Positions 9,485 to 18,215 are shown, numbered from the whole stretch's first letter. The stretch: DNA of 61,953 nucleotides, filler included, from 5 parts of 5 records of this genome joined end to end with filler, not necessarily neighbours in it; one strand, 5' to 3'. The notes: generated from the sequence alone by a model not told the origin. Numbers and translations: made by a program.

Positions 9485-10375
9485 TTAATTCAGTCTGTTT
9501 CGCTTTTTTAAAAATTCTATTAAAGCGATACGACAATCCATATCTGTCAGGATCATGGTGTGGTCTATCAGGTTTTCACCACACTCACGATTGATCTTAT
9601 CGCAATATTCGCGGATCTTTACATGGTATTCGTTTTTGATCTGTCTAACATCAAGTTTAATATTCTCACCACTTTCCATGTCTTTGAAGCGATGTTTTCT
9701 AGATAGTTGCAGATCCCATTCACCGGGATCAAGCAATTGGATGACCATGACATCATGACCTAGATAACGAATATGTTTAAGCCCGTTCATAATCTTTTCT
9801 TCATCGTCCAGCAAATCGGATATCAAGATAACCAATCCTTTCCTTGAAAGCTTCTCGGTAATATTATGAAGCGTATCCCCAATATCTGTACTGTTTGAAC
9901 ATGCTGTTGATTGCAATGCTATCAATAATTCATTCAAATATGATTTTACTGATCTTGGCGGATATAGTTTTTCAATCTTTTCGTTAAAAATTGTTAAACC
10001 AACCGCATCATTCTGATCTATCAGCAACCAGGATAATGCTCCCGCCACCAATTGAGCATACTGATATTTTGTTACCGGACTTCCGGACGAGAAATTCATA
10101 GAAGCACTATTGTCGACGAGAATATAAGTGTTGAGATTTGTCTCAGCTTCATATTGTTTAATGTAATACCTATCGGTTTTACCATAGATCTGCCAATCAA
10201 CATGACGAATATCATCACCCGGCATGTACTGGCGATGCTGAGAGAATTCTACCGAAAAACCATGATAAGGGGAATTATGCAAACCCAGCAACAAGCCTTC
10301 TACTATGGTTTTAGCTTGAAAACGCAGGTTCCCGAGATGAATGATCGATCCCGGACTGTAATCATAGTCAGCCAT
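9485..10375 (-). CDS. DUF58 (vWA-type) protein
   Basis: GFSVEFSQHRQYMPGDDIRHVDW, LVDNSASM and LISDL motifs. It lies downstream of moxR. Confidence 0.95.
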   Translation of the reverse strand: MADYDYSPGSIIHLGNLRFQAKTIVEGLLLGLHNSPYHGFSVEFSQHRQYMPGDDIRHVDWQIYGKTDRYYIKQYEAETNLNTYILVDNSASMNFSSGSPVTKYQYAQLVAGALSWLLIDQNDAVGLTIFNEKIEKLYPPRSVKSYLNELLIALQSTACSNSTDIGDTLHNITEKLSRKGLVILISDLLDDEEKIMNGLKHIRYLGHDVMVIQLLDPGEWDLQLSRKHRFKDMESGENIKLDVRQIKNEYHVKIREYCDKINRECGENLIDHTMILTDMDCRIALIEFLKKRNRLN

Positions 10376-10592
10376 TATTAACCTTGGTCAATTCCGAGAT
10401 AAGATCTTCGAGTTTAACACCATCCGCTTCCGCCTTGAAATTTCGTAATATGCGATGCCGCAAAACTTGAGGTGCCACTGCGTTGATATCTTCTTCATCC
10501 GGTGTCATTTTACCCAAAAGCGCTGCTCGAGTTTTTGCAGCAATGATCAAATATTGAGATGCTCTGGGTCCTGCACCCCATTTAACGTAATC
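10368..10592 (-). CDS. MoxR-family AAA ATPase, C-terminal part (cut by the gap)
   Basis: YVKWGAGPRASQYLIIAAK...APQVLRHRILRNFKAEADG. Confidence 0.9.
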   Translation of the reverse strand, partial: DYVKWGAGPRASQYLIIAAKTRAALLGKMTPDEEDINAVAPQVLRHRILRNFKAEADGVKLEDLISELTKVNNG

Positions 10593-10692
10593 NNNNNNNN
10601 NNNNNNNNNNNNNNNNNNNNNNNNNNNNNNNNNNNNTTAATTAATTAANNNNNNNNNNNNNNNNNNNNNNNNNNNNNNNNNNNNNNNNNNNN
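10593..10692. other. Artificial contig spacer
   Basis: 100 nt of Ns around TTAATTAATTAA, which has stops in all six frames. Confidence 0.98.
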
Positions 10693-10808
10693 GGGTTTTA
10701 ACCATTAACTGGAAAATAAAATCAGACATATTCCCATTAAATAGATAGTTAATATGAATTAAAACCAGGTTAATGTTGTAGCTTTACCAATAATAAATTT
10801 TAAATATT

Positions 10809-10922
10809 ATGGTAAAGGAAAAAGAAGGAAAGCAGAAAAACGTAAAAAAAGAAGCGGCCAAAAGTTTAAAGGAAAAAAGGGCAGCTAAAGCAGCTAAAAA
10901 AGCAGGCAGGAAAGATTATTAG
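10809..10922 (+). CDS. Small Lys/Ala-rich protein (37 aa), not in the ORF track
   Basis: Hand-translated as MVKEKEGKQKNVKKEAAKSLKEKRAAKAAKKAGRKDY*, with an AT-rich leader. Confidence 0.65.
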   Translation: MVKEKEGKQKNVKKEAAKSLKEKRAAKAAKKAGRKDY

Positions 10923-10971
10923 AAATCCTTAAATGCATTTTGTGTTTTTTCTAAAAGAGAATATAATGCAT

Positions 10972-10999
10972 AAAAAAGGTCCCGTTAAAAACGGGACCT
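10972..10999 (-). terminator. Terminator of csp
   Basis: AGGTCCCGTT-AAA-AACGGGACCT with a U-tract on the minus strand. Confidence 0.85.
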
Positions 11000-11028
11000 G
11001 AAATTCTTAAATGTTATAATATTTTAAA

Positions 11029-11220
11029 CTAAGCCAGTTTAACATTCACGGCATTTAATCCTTTTCTTCCTTCTTCCAGGTCGAAAGTAACTTCATCGTT
11101 TTCATTAATGGTATCTTTTAAACCACTAGAATGTACGAAATACTCTTTTGACGACTCAGAATCTTTAATGAATCCGAAACCTTTCTGATCATTAAAAAAC
11201 TTTACTGTTCCTTTATTCAT
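11029..11220 (-). CDS. Cold-shock protein (CspA family)
   Basis: GTVKFFNDQKGFGFI (RNP1) and YFVHSS (RNP2). Confidence 0.97.
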   Translation of the reverse strand: MNKGTVKFFNDQKGFGFIKDSESSKEYFVHSSGLKDTINENDEVTFDLEEGRKGLNAVNVKLA

Positions 11221-11660
11221 GATGTTTATTAAAATTTATTGAGCGCAATATACGGTAAATTATTTGAACTACGATTTTTAAAATCAAATAGTTCAGGCTT
11301 TTATATTTGAAAAATTGAAATGATAACCTAAATCATACCCATTTCAACAGAAGAAAGCAATAAAACTTTTAACAAAAGAACTGCTAATTTTAATTCCTTT
11401 CTTTTAAATCCTTAACGTTAAATATCTTTAAATATATGACTTTAAATCCGTGGAAATCAAATGGAAACCAAAAAATAAGTTATCTTTGTCTTTTTAATCT
11501 TTTCTTGACTTTTGTATTTTATTGCATATTCATTTCATCCAAATTCCTTTCAGGAAAAATGTAAAGCTCTAATTAAAATTCATTTAAAGAAATCAAAGTC
11601 CAATTAGTTTGTTTTTTTTCACTAAAAACATTCTAAACAATAATTTAGTAAACAGTACAT

Positions 11661-11822
11661 ATGATTAACGACAAAAAACAACCGGTAATAAAATCGCCAA
11701 ATCTGGCACAAATGCAAGAAGTTGTAATAAACAGAAAAACCCGAATATACATTGAAGCAGGCGCCGATCCGGAAGAAGCAAAAGAACGATATTTTGCACG
11801 TCTGGAAATGAAGAAACCTTAA
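11661..11822 (+). CDS. Small hypothetical protein (53 aa), not in the ORF track
   Basis: MINDKKQPVIKSPNLAQMQEVVINRKTRIYIEAGADPEEAKERYFARLEMKKP*. A Bacteroidota -7 motif, TATCTTTG, lies upstream at 11481-11488. Confidence 0.6.
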   Translation: MINDKKQPVIKSPNLAQMQEVVINRKTRIYIEAGADPEEAKERYFARLEMKKP

Positions 11823-11857
11823 ATTCCTGATTTTTCAATTTATTATTTTCACCCTTT

Positions 11858-13459
11858 TTAATTTGATTTACGGTTTAATCGTCTGGAAAGTGCGTGCAAT
11901 CTACGTATCGATTCCAGCATTTCCGATTCAAAACGATAAATCGAAATGCGTAATTCGTCTGTTTCGTTTAAACGTTGCATAAGATGCGTGCGTACCTGAA
12001 TTAACTGGTTTTTAAACGCAGATTTTGAGAGGTTTGATTTTGATTTATCATCATTGTTATCTCCGAATTTATATAAAGCAAACCGGAATGAAAGAACGGC
12101 TGTATTATATAATTCTGTGAGCTTGTGAACTGTATTTTCACTAGCAGTAAATCCTTTTTCTATTCGATGTTCAGCAGCTTCAACTAAATCGGTTGTAACT
12201 AAATCAGAGGCTGTTTCCAAAATGTTTACAGCTTCAATAAATTTTTCCAACCGACCAGAATCTTCTGCCGAAATTTTATCGCTTTGAATTTGCTGAATGA
12301 AAAGAAGGATTTCAGCATGGCTATTGTCAATTATTTCATCTCGTTTTCTAAGTTGAACAAGTGCAGTTGCATTTCCTGTCAATGCAGCATCAATTCCATT
12401 TTCAATTATCGAAATTGTGTTTTCACCCATTTTAAGAATTGCCTGTTGTGCAAAATCCAATGCCATCGAACTGTTTTCGAGATAATAGCTGTGTAGTTCA
12501 GGGAATATTTTTTGTTTATCTTTTTTTATTTCAGGTAAAATAAAAAGTACCAGTTTAGAAATTGGATTTACCAGCCAGATAAAAATAATCGTATTTCCTA
12601 CATTAAACAGTGTGTGTGCATTTGCAATTTGTCGTGCCTTGTCGTTACCCGAAATCCACCCTACCATTTCGGAGAGTTCCCCAATAAATGCAATCCAGAT
12701 TAGAACACCTGTAACATTAAAAAACACATGCGATAAAGCAACCCGCATAGCATCGCGTGGCTTTCCAATTGCCGATAAAACAGCAGTTACACAGGTCCCG
12801 ATGTTGGCACCAAAAATTATTGCAATACCTGCCTCAACGCCCATTAATCCTTGCGAGGCTAAAACTATTACCACTCCGGTTGTAGCCGATGAACTTTGCA
12901 CTGCTGCAGTAAATAATGCTCCTATTAAAATTCCCCATACGTAATTGTCCAGTTCTTTCATTAACTGAATAAAAGGCTCGTAATCTTTTAATGGCTGAGT
13001 AGCTTCGCTCATTACATTCATTCCAAGAAAAACAAGCCCAAGCCCCATAATAATAGTACCAATTTCTTTAAATGATTTCCTGGAAAAAATAAGGCTGAAC
13101 AGGTAACCAAATGCAACCATAATCCAGGCTGCATTGGTAACTTTAAAAGCGATAATCTGAGCAGTAATAGTTGTTCCCAGATTTGCCCCTAAAATTAATC
13201 CCAGCGTGCTTTGAAATGAGAGTAATCCGGCGGAAACAAAACCAACGGCCAAAACTGTAGTTACCGACGATGATTGAATGACAGCCGTTATTCCTGCTCC
13301 GGCAAACAACGACGTCCACCGGTTTCGGGTCATTGCTTTTAAAAATACTTTCATACGACTTCCGGCGGCGGCTTTTAAACCGTCCGTCATCACTGTCATT
13401 CCATGTAGAAATATCGCCAGCCCGCCTAAAAGAAGTACTATTAAAACACCCCAGTTCAT
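11858..13459 (-). CDS. Na+/phosphate cotransporter family protein with PhoU-like C-terminus
   Basis: Duplicated QSSS...GANLGTT / QSSS...GANIGT repeats and a soluble helical C-terminus. Confidence 0.92.
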   Translation of the reverse strand: MNWGVLIVLLLGGLAIFLHGMTVMTDGLKAAAGSRMKVFLKAMTRNRWTSLFAGAGITAVIQSSSVTTVLAVGFVSAGLLSFQSTLGLILGANLGTTITAQIIAFKVTNAAWIMVAFGYLFSLIFSRKSFKEIGTIIMGLGLVFLGMNVMSEATQPLKDYEPFIQLMKELDNYVWGILIGALFTAAVQSSSATTGVVIVLASQGLMGVEAGIAIIFGANIGTCVTAVLSAIGKPRDAMRVALSHVFFNVTGVLIWIAFIGELSEMVGWISGNDKARQIANAHTLFNVGNTIIFIWLVNPISKLVLFILPEIKKDKQKIFPELHSYYLENSSMALDFAQQAILKMGENTISIIENGIDAALTGNATALVQLRKRDEIIDNSHAEILLFIQQIQSDKISAEDSGRLEKFIEAVNILETASDLVTTDLVEAAEHRIEKGFTASENTVHKLTELYNTAVLSFRFALYKFGDNNDDKSKSNLSKSAFKNQLIQVRTHLMQRLNETDELRISIYRFESEMLESIRRLHALSRRLNRKSN

Positions 13460-13541
13460 ATCTAATTATGCTTGTTTTTACTAATTTATAAAAGTTATAC
13501 CTTTTTCTTCAATTTTACCTTAATTGAACAAAATACAAAAC

Positions 13542-13568
13542 AAAAAAAGGCCAGCCAAAATTCTGGCC
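13542..13568 (-). terminator. Probable terminator of the thioredoxin operon
   Basis: GGCCAG...CTGGCC stem with a U7 tract on the minus strand. Confidence 0.6.
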
Positions 13569-13610
13569 AGCCAATAGTTTTAATTTGAAACTCTGTTTTA
13601 TCAAATATCG

Positions 13611-14024
13611 TTATAAAGTATTAACCACTTTCATAATTTGCTTTTTTGTTTTTACCCCGACAAAGCGGTGCACTTCTACCCCATCTTTAAATACTACCAA
13701 TGTTGGTATATTTCTTACTTTGAATTTTTTTGCCAGCGGCTGTTGTTGATCCACATTTACTTTTGCTACAGTTAAATTATTTTCTGTTTCTGCTATATCG
13801 TTTAAAACCGGTGCTACCATTTTACACGGCCCGCACCAGGGTGCCCAAAAATCTACCAGAACCATCCCTTTTCGAATAATTGGCTTGAAATTCTTGTTTC
13901 CCAAAATTCTGATTTTTTTACTATTGGCAACCGGTTCCGCATTTTTCATGCGAAAATAATTAAAGGTTATTAATCCAATTAAAACAGCTAAAAATGCAAT
14001 TATTATAATCAGTGTAACAGACAT
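13611..14024 (-). CDS. Thioredoxin with N-terminal membrane anchor
   Basis: DFWAPWCGPC active site, IPT cis-Pro loop and a hydrophobic N-terminal helix. Confidence 0.93.
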   Translation of the reverse strand: MSVTLIIIIAFLAVLIGLITFNYFRMKNAEPVANSKKIRILGNKNFKPIIRKGMVLVDFWAPWCGPCKMVAPVLNDIAETENNLTVAKVNVDQQQPLAKKFKVRNIPTLVVFKDGVEVHRFVGVKTKKQIMKVVNTL

Positions 14025-14035
14025 ATTAAGGTTTT

Positions 14036-14455
14036 TTAGTCAATAATTTTTATTTCAGAAGTAATTCCAAACGCTTTTCGATAAGAAGCACTTACCCCGC
14101 AATACCTTTCTTCGGAAAGATTTATCGCTTTTTGCAATTTCTCTAAAGGAAGGTCTTTTCCTTTAAACTCATAAATCACATGCATTTGGTTAAATTGTTT
14201 TGGATGTTCTTCGGTTATATTTCCTTCTACGGTTACATTAAAATCTTCCGGTTCTACCCTCATTTTTTTCAAGATAGAAACTACGTCCATTCCTGTACAA
14301 CCAGCCAAAGCCACCATCATTAAAGGCTTTGGACGTGGCCCCCTGTTTTCGCCTCCTACTTTGTCGGACGCATCTAACATAATTTCGTGCCCGTTTATTT
14401 CGGCTTTAAAAGCCATTTTTTCAAGCCAGTTTACTTTAATTTGTTCTTTTGACAT
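14036..14455 (-). CDS. OsmC/YhfA-family protein
   Basis: GPRPKPLMMVALAGCTGMDV...LSEERYCGV. Confidence 0.92.
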   Translation of the reverse strand: MSKEQIKVNWLEKMAFKAEINGHEIMLDASDKVGGENRGPRPKPLMMVALAGCTGMDVVSILKKMRVEPEDFNVTVEGNITEEHPKQFNQMHVIYEFKGKDLPLEKLQKAINLSEERYCGVSASYRKAFGITSEIKIID

Positions 14456-14491
14456 ATTTTTATTTTTACACCTTTAAACGGCGGTTTATAT

Positions 14492-15412
14492 CTATTTTCT
14501 TAAATAATCGGCAGCACTTAGTGCAGCAATTGTTCCATCGGCAACTGCAGTAGTTACCTGACGGTATTTTTTCACAATACAATCGCCGGCAGCAAAAACA
14601 CCATCGATGTTTGTTTTTAAATCCGAATCAACTAAAATTTCTTTACGTTCATTTAATTTTATTGCGTGTTCCAGACTTTCAGTATTTGGCTGATAACCTA
14701 CAAAAATAAAAGTACCATCGGTTTTTAATTCGGTTTGTTTTTTAGTTGGTAAATGTTCAATTTTAACTTTTTCCAGCTTCCCGTTTCCATAAAAACCTCT
14801 TAATTCCGATTCCATTATAAATTCAATTTTCGGATTCTTTTTTGCTTCCTGAATGGCATGTTCGAAAGCCTGAAAATGGTCGAACTGATGTACAATAGTA
14901 ACTTTGGTGGCAAAAGTAGTTAAAGCAACTGCTTCTTCCAAGGCAGAATTACCTCCGCCAACAACTACAACTTCCTTATCGGTAAAAAAGTCACCATCGC
15001 ATGTTGCGCAGTACGAAATTCCGGTTCCTTTAAATGCATCTTCGCCCTCTATATTCAATGAGCGCGGTCTTCCTCCGGGAGTTAAGATTACCGACTTTCC
15101 TTTGAATGTTCTTCCATCGATAAGTTCGATTTCTTTTATTTCTCCCTCAAAATTATATTTCGAAATTTTTAAATTCGATTTAATTTTACAACCAAAACTT
15201 TTGGCTTGCTGTTTCATTGTATTTGCCAGCATGTAACCTTTAGTTGCCGGCACACCCGGATAATTGGCAATTTCTTCAGTAAGAACCATTTGTCCGCCTA
15301 CAGCACCTTCATTTAAAATTAAAGTGGAAAGTTTGGCCCTGGAAGAATAAATTCCTGCCGTTAATCCGGCAGCACCGGCGCCAACTATAATAACGTCAAA
15401 AATTTCATCCAT
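14492..15412 (-). CDS. trxB: Thioredoxin-disulfide reductase
   Basis: GAGAAG, ISYCATCDG, VVGGGNSA and FAAGD motifs. The ATG at 15412 (MDEIFDV) is preferred over the upstream TTG. Confidence 0.9.
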   Translation of the reverse strand: MDEIFDVIIVGAGAAGLTAGIYSSRAKLSTLILNEGAVGGQMVLTEEIANYPGVPATKGYMLANTMKQQAKSFGCKIKSNLKISKYNFEGEIKEIELIDGRTFKGKSVILTPGGRPRSLNIEGEDAFKGTGISYCATCDGDFFTDKEVVVVGGGNSALEEAVALTTFATKVTIVHQFDHFQAFEHAIQEAKKNPKIEFIMESELRGFYGNGKLEKVKIEHLPTKKQTELKTDGTFIFVGYQPNTESLEHAIKLNERKEILVDSDLKTNIDGVFAAGDCIVKKYRQVTTAVADGTIAALSAADYLRK

Positions 15413-15448
15413 AAAATATCTGTTAATTGATTTATAGTTTTGATAAAA

Positions 15449-15502
15449 TTCCGGCAAAAGAATCGTTTTTAAAGATTTTCCCTGAAAAGTCTTTTGCCGG
15501 AA
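15449..15502. repeat. Intercistronic 13-bp perfect inverted repeat
   Basis: TTCCGGCAAAAGA (15449-15461) and TCTTTTGCCGGAA (15490-15502). Confidence 0.8.
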
Positions 15503-15519
15503 AAGGTAGTTATGATGGA

Positions 15520-15876
15520 TTATTGTACTCCAACAAATTGTGTGTCGAGAATGCTGGTTACCTGCTGCATATTTTGAATGCTGCTGGTTGCATGTGCTAC
15601 TTTACCATCTTTGTAATACATGGTAAAGGGAAGTCCCATAAAACCACTACATTCAGGTGCATTTCGAATAATTGCAGCCTCCGGATTATCGAATGCCATT
15701 ACCGCAAATTTTATATCGGTACGTTCTTCTTCCAGCTCTTCCATTACATCGTAAACCGGCATACACATTGGTCCCATTCTTCCACAGCACACCATTACAT
15801 TTTCATTTTCATTTATAAATTTCTCTAATTCAGCGGCGGTCTCAAATTCGTGAAGACCTGTTTGTAACATTTTCAT
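15520..15876 (-). CDS. Thioredoxin-fold protein with atypical CCGRMGPMC motif
   Basis: Trx topology (beta strand VMVCC, helix PVYDVMEEL, GLPFTMYYKDGKV cis-Pro hairpin) but no CxxC. Confidence 0.85.
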   Translation of the reverse strand: MKMLQTGLHEFETAAELEKFINENENVMVCCGRMGPMCMPVYDVMEELEEERTDIKFAVMAFDNPEAAIIRNAPECSGFMGLPFTMYYKDGKVAHATSSIQNMQQVTSILDTQFVGVQ

Positions 15877-15897
15877 GATAAATAATTTTAACTTAAT

Positions 15898-16251
15898 TTA
15901 ATATGTACTTTTTGTAATCTCTTCAATTATATTTTTATCCGATTCCAGTTTTCCCTGCAAATATTCTTCGATTAAATTCTGAGGAGTTTCAACCGGAATT
16001 CCAATAAATAAATTCACTTTTCGGGAAGCAAAAAGCGAAATAATATGTTTATTCACTTTATAAGCAATTACGTCGGTTATGCCTCTTTTCTCAAGCCAGG
16101 CAGGTAAATCAAGCATGGCTATTTCAGCCGGAATCTGTAATTCATAACTTCTTAATACTTGTTTATCAATTTCGAATATTTCGTAGTGGTTACACTTTCC
16201 AAAAAATTCGCTCAACTTTTTATTTGCTATCGGAATTGCTACTCGTTTCAT
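15898..16251 (-). CDS. NifB/NifX-family (FeMo-cofactor-binding domain-like) protein
   Basis: KRVAIP...LSEFFGKCNHYEIFEI...WLEKRGITDVIA...LIEEYLQGKL. Confidence 0.85.
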   Translation of the reverse strand: MKRVAIPIANKKLSEFFGKCNHYEIFEIDKQVLRSYELQIPAEIAMLDLPAWLEKRGITDVIAYKVNKHIISLFASRKVNLFIGIPVETPQNLIEEYLQGKLESDKNIIEEITKSTY

Positions 16252-16269
16252 TTTTAAATTTTGTTACAA

Positions 16270-16277
16270 CAAAAGTA
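16270..16277 (-). promoter_or_regulatory. Bacteroidota -7 promoter element for the NifX-Trx operon
   Basis: TACTTTTG on the minus strand matches TAnnTTTG, 18 nt upstream of the ATG. Confidence 0.6.
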
Positions 16278-16337
16278 AATCCTGGCAAACTAAAATCGTA
16301 AAAAAATGCGCTGTGCGAAATCTGGTTCAGAACTGTA

Positions 16338-16363
16338 TTTTGACAGTTTTTTTCCTGTCAAAA
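16338..16363. promoter_or_regulatory. Candidate operator (perfect 9-bp inverted repeat)
   Basis: TTTTGACAG-N8-CTGTCAAAA, midway between divergent promoters. Confidence 0.55.
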
Positions 16364-16416
16364 AGCAGGAATAGAGAATTTAGCCCTATAAACTGTATAT
16401 ATATTGAATGATTTGA

Positions 16417-16424
16417 TAATTTTG
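16417..16424 (+). promoter_or_regulatory. Bacteroidota -7 promoter element for the Crp/Fnr gene
   Basis: TAATTTTG matches TAnnTTTG, 28 nt upstream of the ATG. Confidence 0.55.
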
Positions 16425-16452
16425 TTGAACAAAAAAGCGATTAAATTATTTA

Positions 16453-17130
16453 ATGGGCGAATCAGAAAATAACGATAGAATTAAAATAACAGAAGAAATT
16501 TTAAGCTTGGAACAACTGGAATTGTTACAGGAAAACAAAACTCAGGTTTCGTATTTGAAAGGTGAAAATATTTTCAAACAGGGTGCTTTTGCTCCGTATG
16601 TAATTTTTGTTGTTGAAGGATTGGTGAAAGTTTATTTGCAAACAGGGTACGAAAAGCAGATAAATATCAGTCTGGCTAAATCGGGCGATTTCCTGGCTTT
16701 TTCATCGCTCTTTGGCGAAAATATTCATACCTATTCAACACAGGCGTTAAAAGACGCTAAGATATGCATGATTGAAAAAGAGAGTCTTAAAAAAATATTG
16801 TTGAATAATCCGGAATTTGCACTTAAAATAACGTCTAAAAATTATCGCGATCAGCGGCATCTTTTTGAAATAATAAAAAATGTATCGTACAAACAAATGC
16901 GGGGGAAACTGGCTTCTTCGCTGCTTTATCTTTCGCACGACGAATTTTTAAATGAAAATGTGTTTCAGTTTCTTACCCGGCAAGACATTGCTGATTTTGC
17001 CTCAATTTCGCCTGAAAGTGCCATCAAATTTTTAAAAGAATTTGAAAAAGAAAAGATTATAAAACTACAAGGGAAAGACATTTCTATTCTCGACCAGAAG
17101 AAACTGGAAACAATAAGCAAAAGCGGATAA
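16453..17130 (+). CDS. Crp/Fnr-family transcriptional regulator
   Basis: cNMP-like domain (KGENIFKQG...VEGLVKVY...GDFLAF) and a C-terminal HTH (LTRQDIADFASISPESAIKFLKEF). Confidence 0.93.
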   Translation: MGESENNDRIKITEEILSLEQLELLQENKTQVSYLKGENIFKQGAFAPYVIFVVEGLVKVYLQTGYEKQINISLAKSGDFLAFSSLFGENIHTYSTQALKDAKICMIEKESLKKILLNNPEFALKITSKNYRDQRHLFEIIKNVSYKQMRGKLASSLLYLSHDEFLNENVFQFLTRQDIADFASISPESAIKFLKEFEKEKIIKLQGKDISILDQKKLETISKSG

Positions 17131-17132
17131 TT

Positions 17133-17552
17133 ATGATTTTTTCCGAAGAGACAAAAAAGCAACTTGAAAATGAGTGTACTTTTTCGGCCACGCGCAGCAG
17201 CGGGCCGGGCGGACAAAATGTTAACAAAGTAAATACACGTATTGAACTTCGTTTTTCAGTTACTGATTCAACGATACTTTCCGAGATTCAGAAAAATCGG
17301 ATTTACATAAAACTTAATAACCGCATTAATTCTGAGGGTGAATTGTTATTGATTTCAGAATCGGAAAGAACTCAATTACGAAACAAACATAAAGTTATTG
17401 AGCGATTTTTTGTACTTCTTGAAAATGCCCTGACAATTCCCAAAAAACGAATAAAAACAAAACCCTCGCTGAGTTCGAAACTAAAACGCATTGAAAACAA
17501 AAAAAATCTTTCCAGAAAAAAACAACTTCGCCAGCCGCCTGAAAGAAATTAA
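17133..17552 (+). CDS. arfB: Alternative ribosome-rescue peptidyl-tRNA hydrolase ArfB
   Basis: RSSGPGGQNVNKV motif and a basic C-terminal tail. Confidence 0.95.
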   Translation: MIFSEETKKQLENECTFSATRSSGPGGQNVNKVNTRIELRFSVTDSTILSEIQKNRIYIKLNNRINSEGELLLISESERTQLRNKHKVIERFFVLLENALTIPKKRIKTKPSLSSKLKRIENKKNLSRKKQLRQPPERN

Positions 17553-17628
17553 ATAACCCATTCACTTTTTTATAATTCATAAGAAAATAGTTTCTTTACA
17601 GCAAAGACAGGGTTCGTAGTACAATTTT

Positions 17629-18150
17629 ATGATTCAATTTTTCAAACAAATCAGAGATTTAATTATCAGAATAGTAGATTGGTTTTATTTTCCATTTTTA
17701 CATTTTATTCCGCAGGAAATTTACAGATATGCCGTAACTGGTGGTGCAAATACGGTACTCGATATATTTTTGTATTTTATATTTTACCGCTATGTTCTTG
17801 ACATGCAAATTGTTGACCTGGGATTTATTGCCATCGGACCTCACATTGCAGCATTTCTAATTGTTTTCCCAATTACATTTTCTACCGGTTTTTTACTGGC
17901 AAAATATGTTACTTTCACTGCCTCCGAACTTCGCGGCCGAATTCAATTGTTCCGTTATGGAGTTACTGTTACCGGAGCTATTTTTCTGAATTATATTTGT
18001 TTGAAATTTTTTGTAGAATATGCTCATTTATACGCAACTATGGCAAAAATAATTACTACTGTAATTGTAGTTATTTACAGTTATATATTACAACGTCATT
18101 TTTCGTTTAAAACCGGAAATCTTGTTCCTGCCAAAGAAATAGCAGATTAA
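17629..18150 (+). CDS. GtrA-family membrane protein
   Basis: RYAVTGGANTVLD followed by four transmembrane helices. Confidence 0.85.
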   Translation: MIQFFKQIRDLIIRIVDWFYFPFLHFIPQEIYRYAVTGGANTVLDIFLYFIFYRYVLDMQIVDLGFIAIGPHIAAFLIVFPITFSTGFLLAKYVTFTASELRGRIQLFRYGVTVTGAIFLNYICLKFFVEYAHLYATMAKIITTVIVVIYSYILQRHFSFKTGNLVPAKEIAD

Positions 18151-18215
18151 TAATTTTCACCTGATTTTTTGAGCATTTTTAATGTTGTATTGTTTATATT
18201 CACAACAATATTTAT

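Noticed and set aside
10637..10648. TTAATTAATTAA recurring four times in the window
   Set aside because: It is always centred in N-runs, so it is an artificial six-frame stop linker and not a biological repeat or CRISPR.
15449..15502. Hairpin considered as a SECIS element
   Set aside because: None of the operon's translated ORFs has an in-frame TGA at a Cys position.
15427..15828. 133-aa plus-strand ORF rich in Cys and His
   Set aside because: It is antisense to the thioredoxin-fold gene inside a minus-strand operon.
15898..16251. NifX-like gene as evidence of nitrogen fixation
   Set aside because: There are no nif structural or assembly genes nearby, and the domain is widespread outside diazotrophs.
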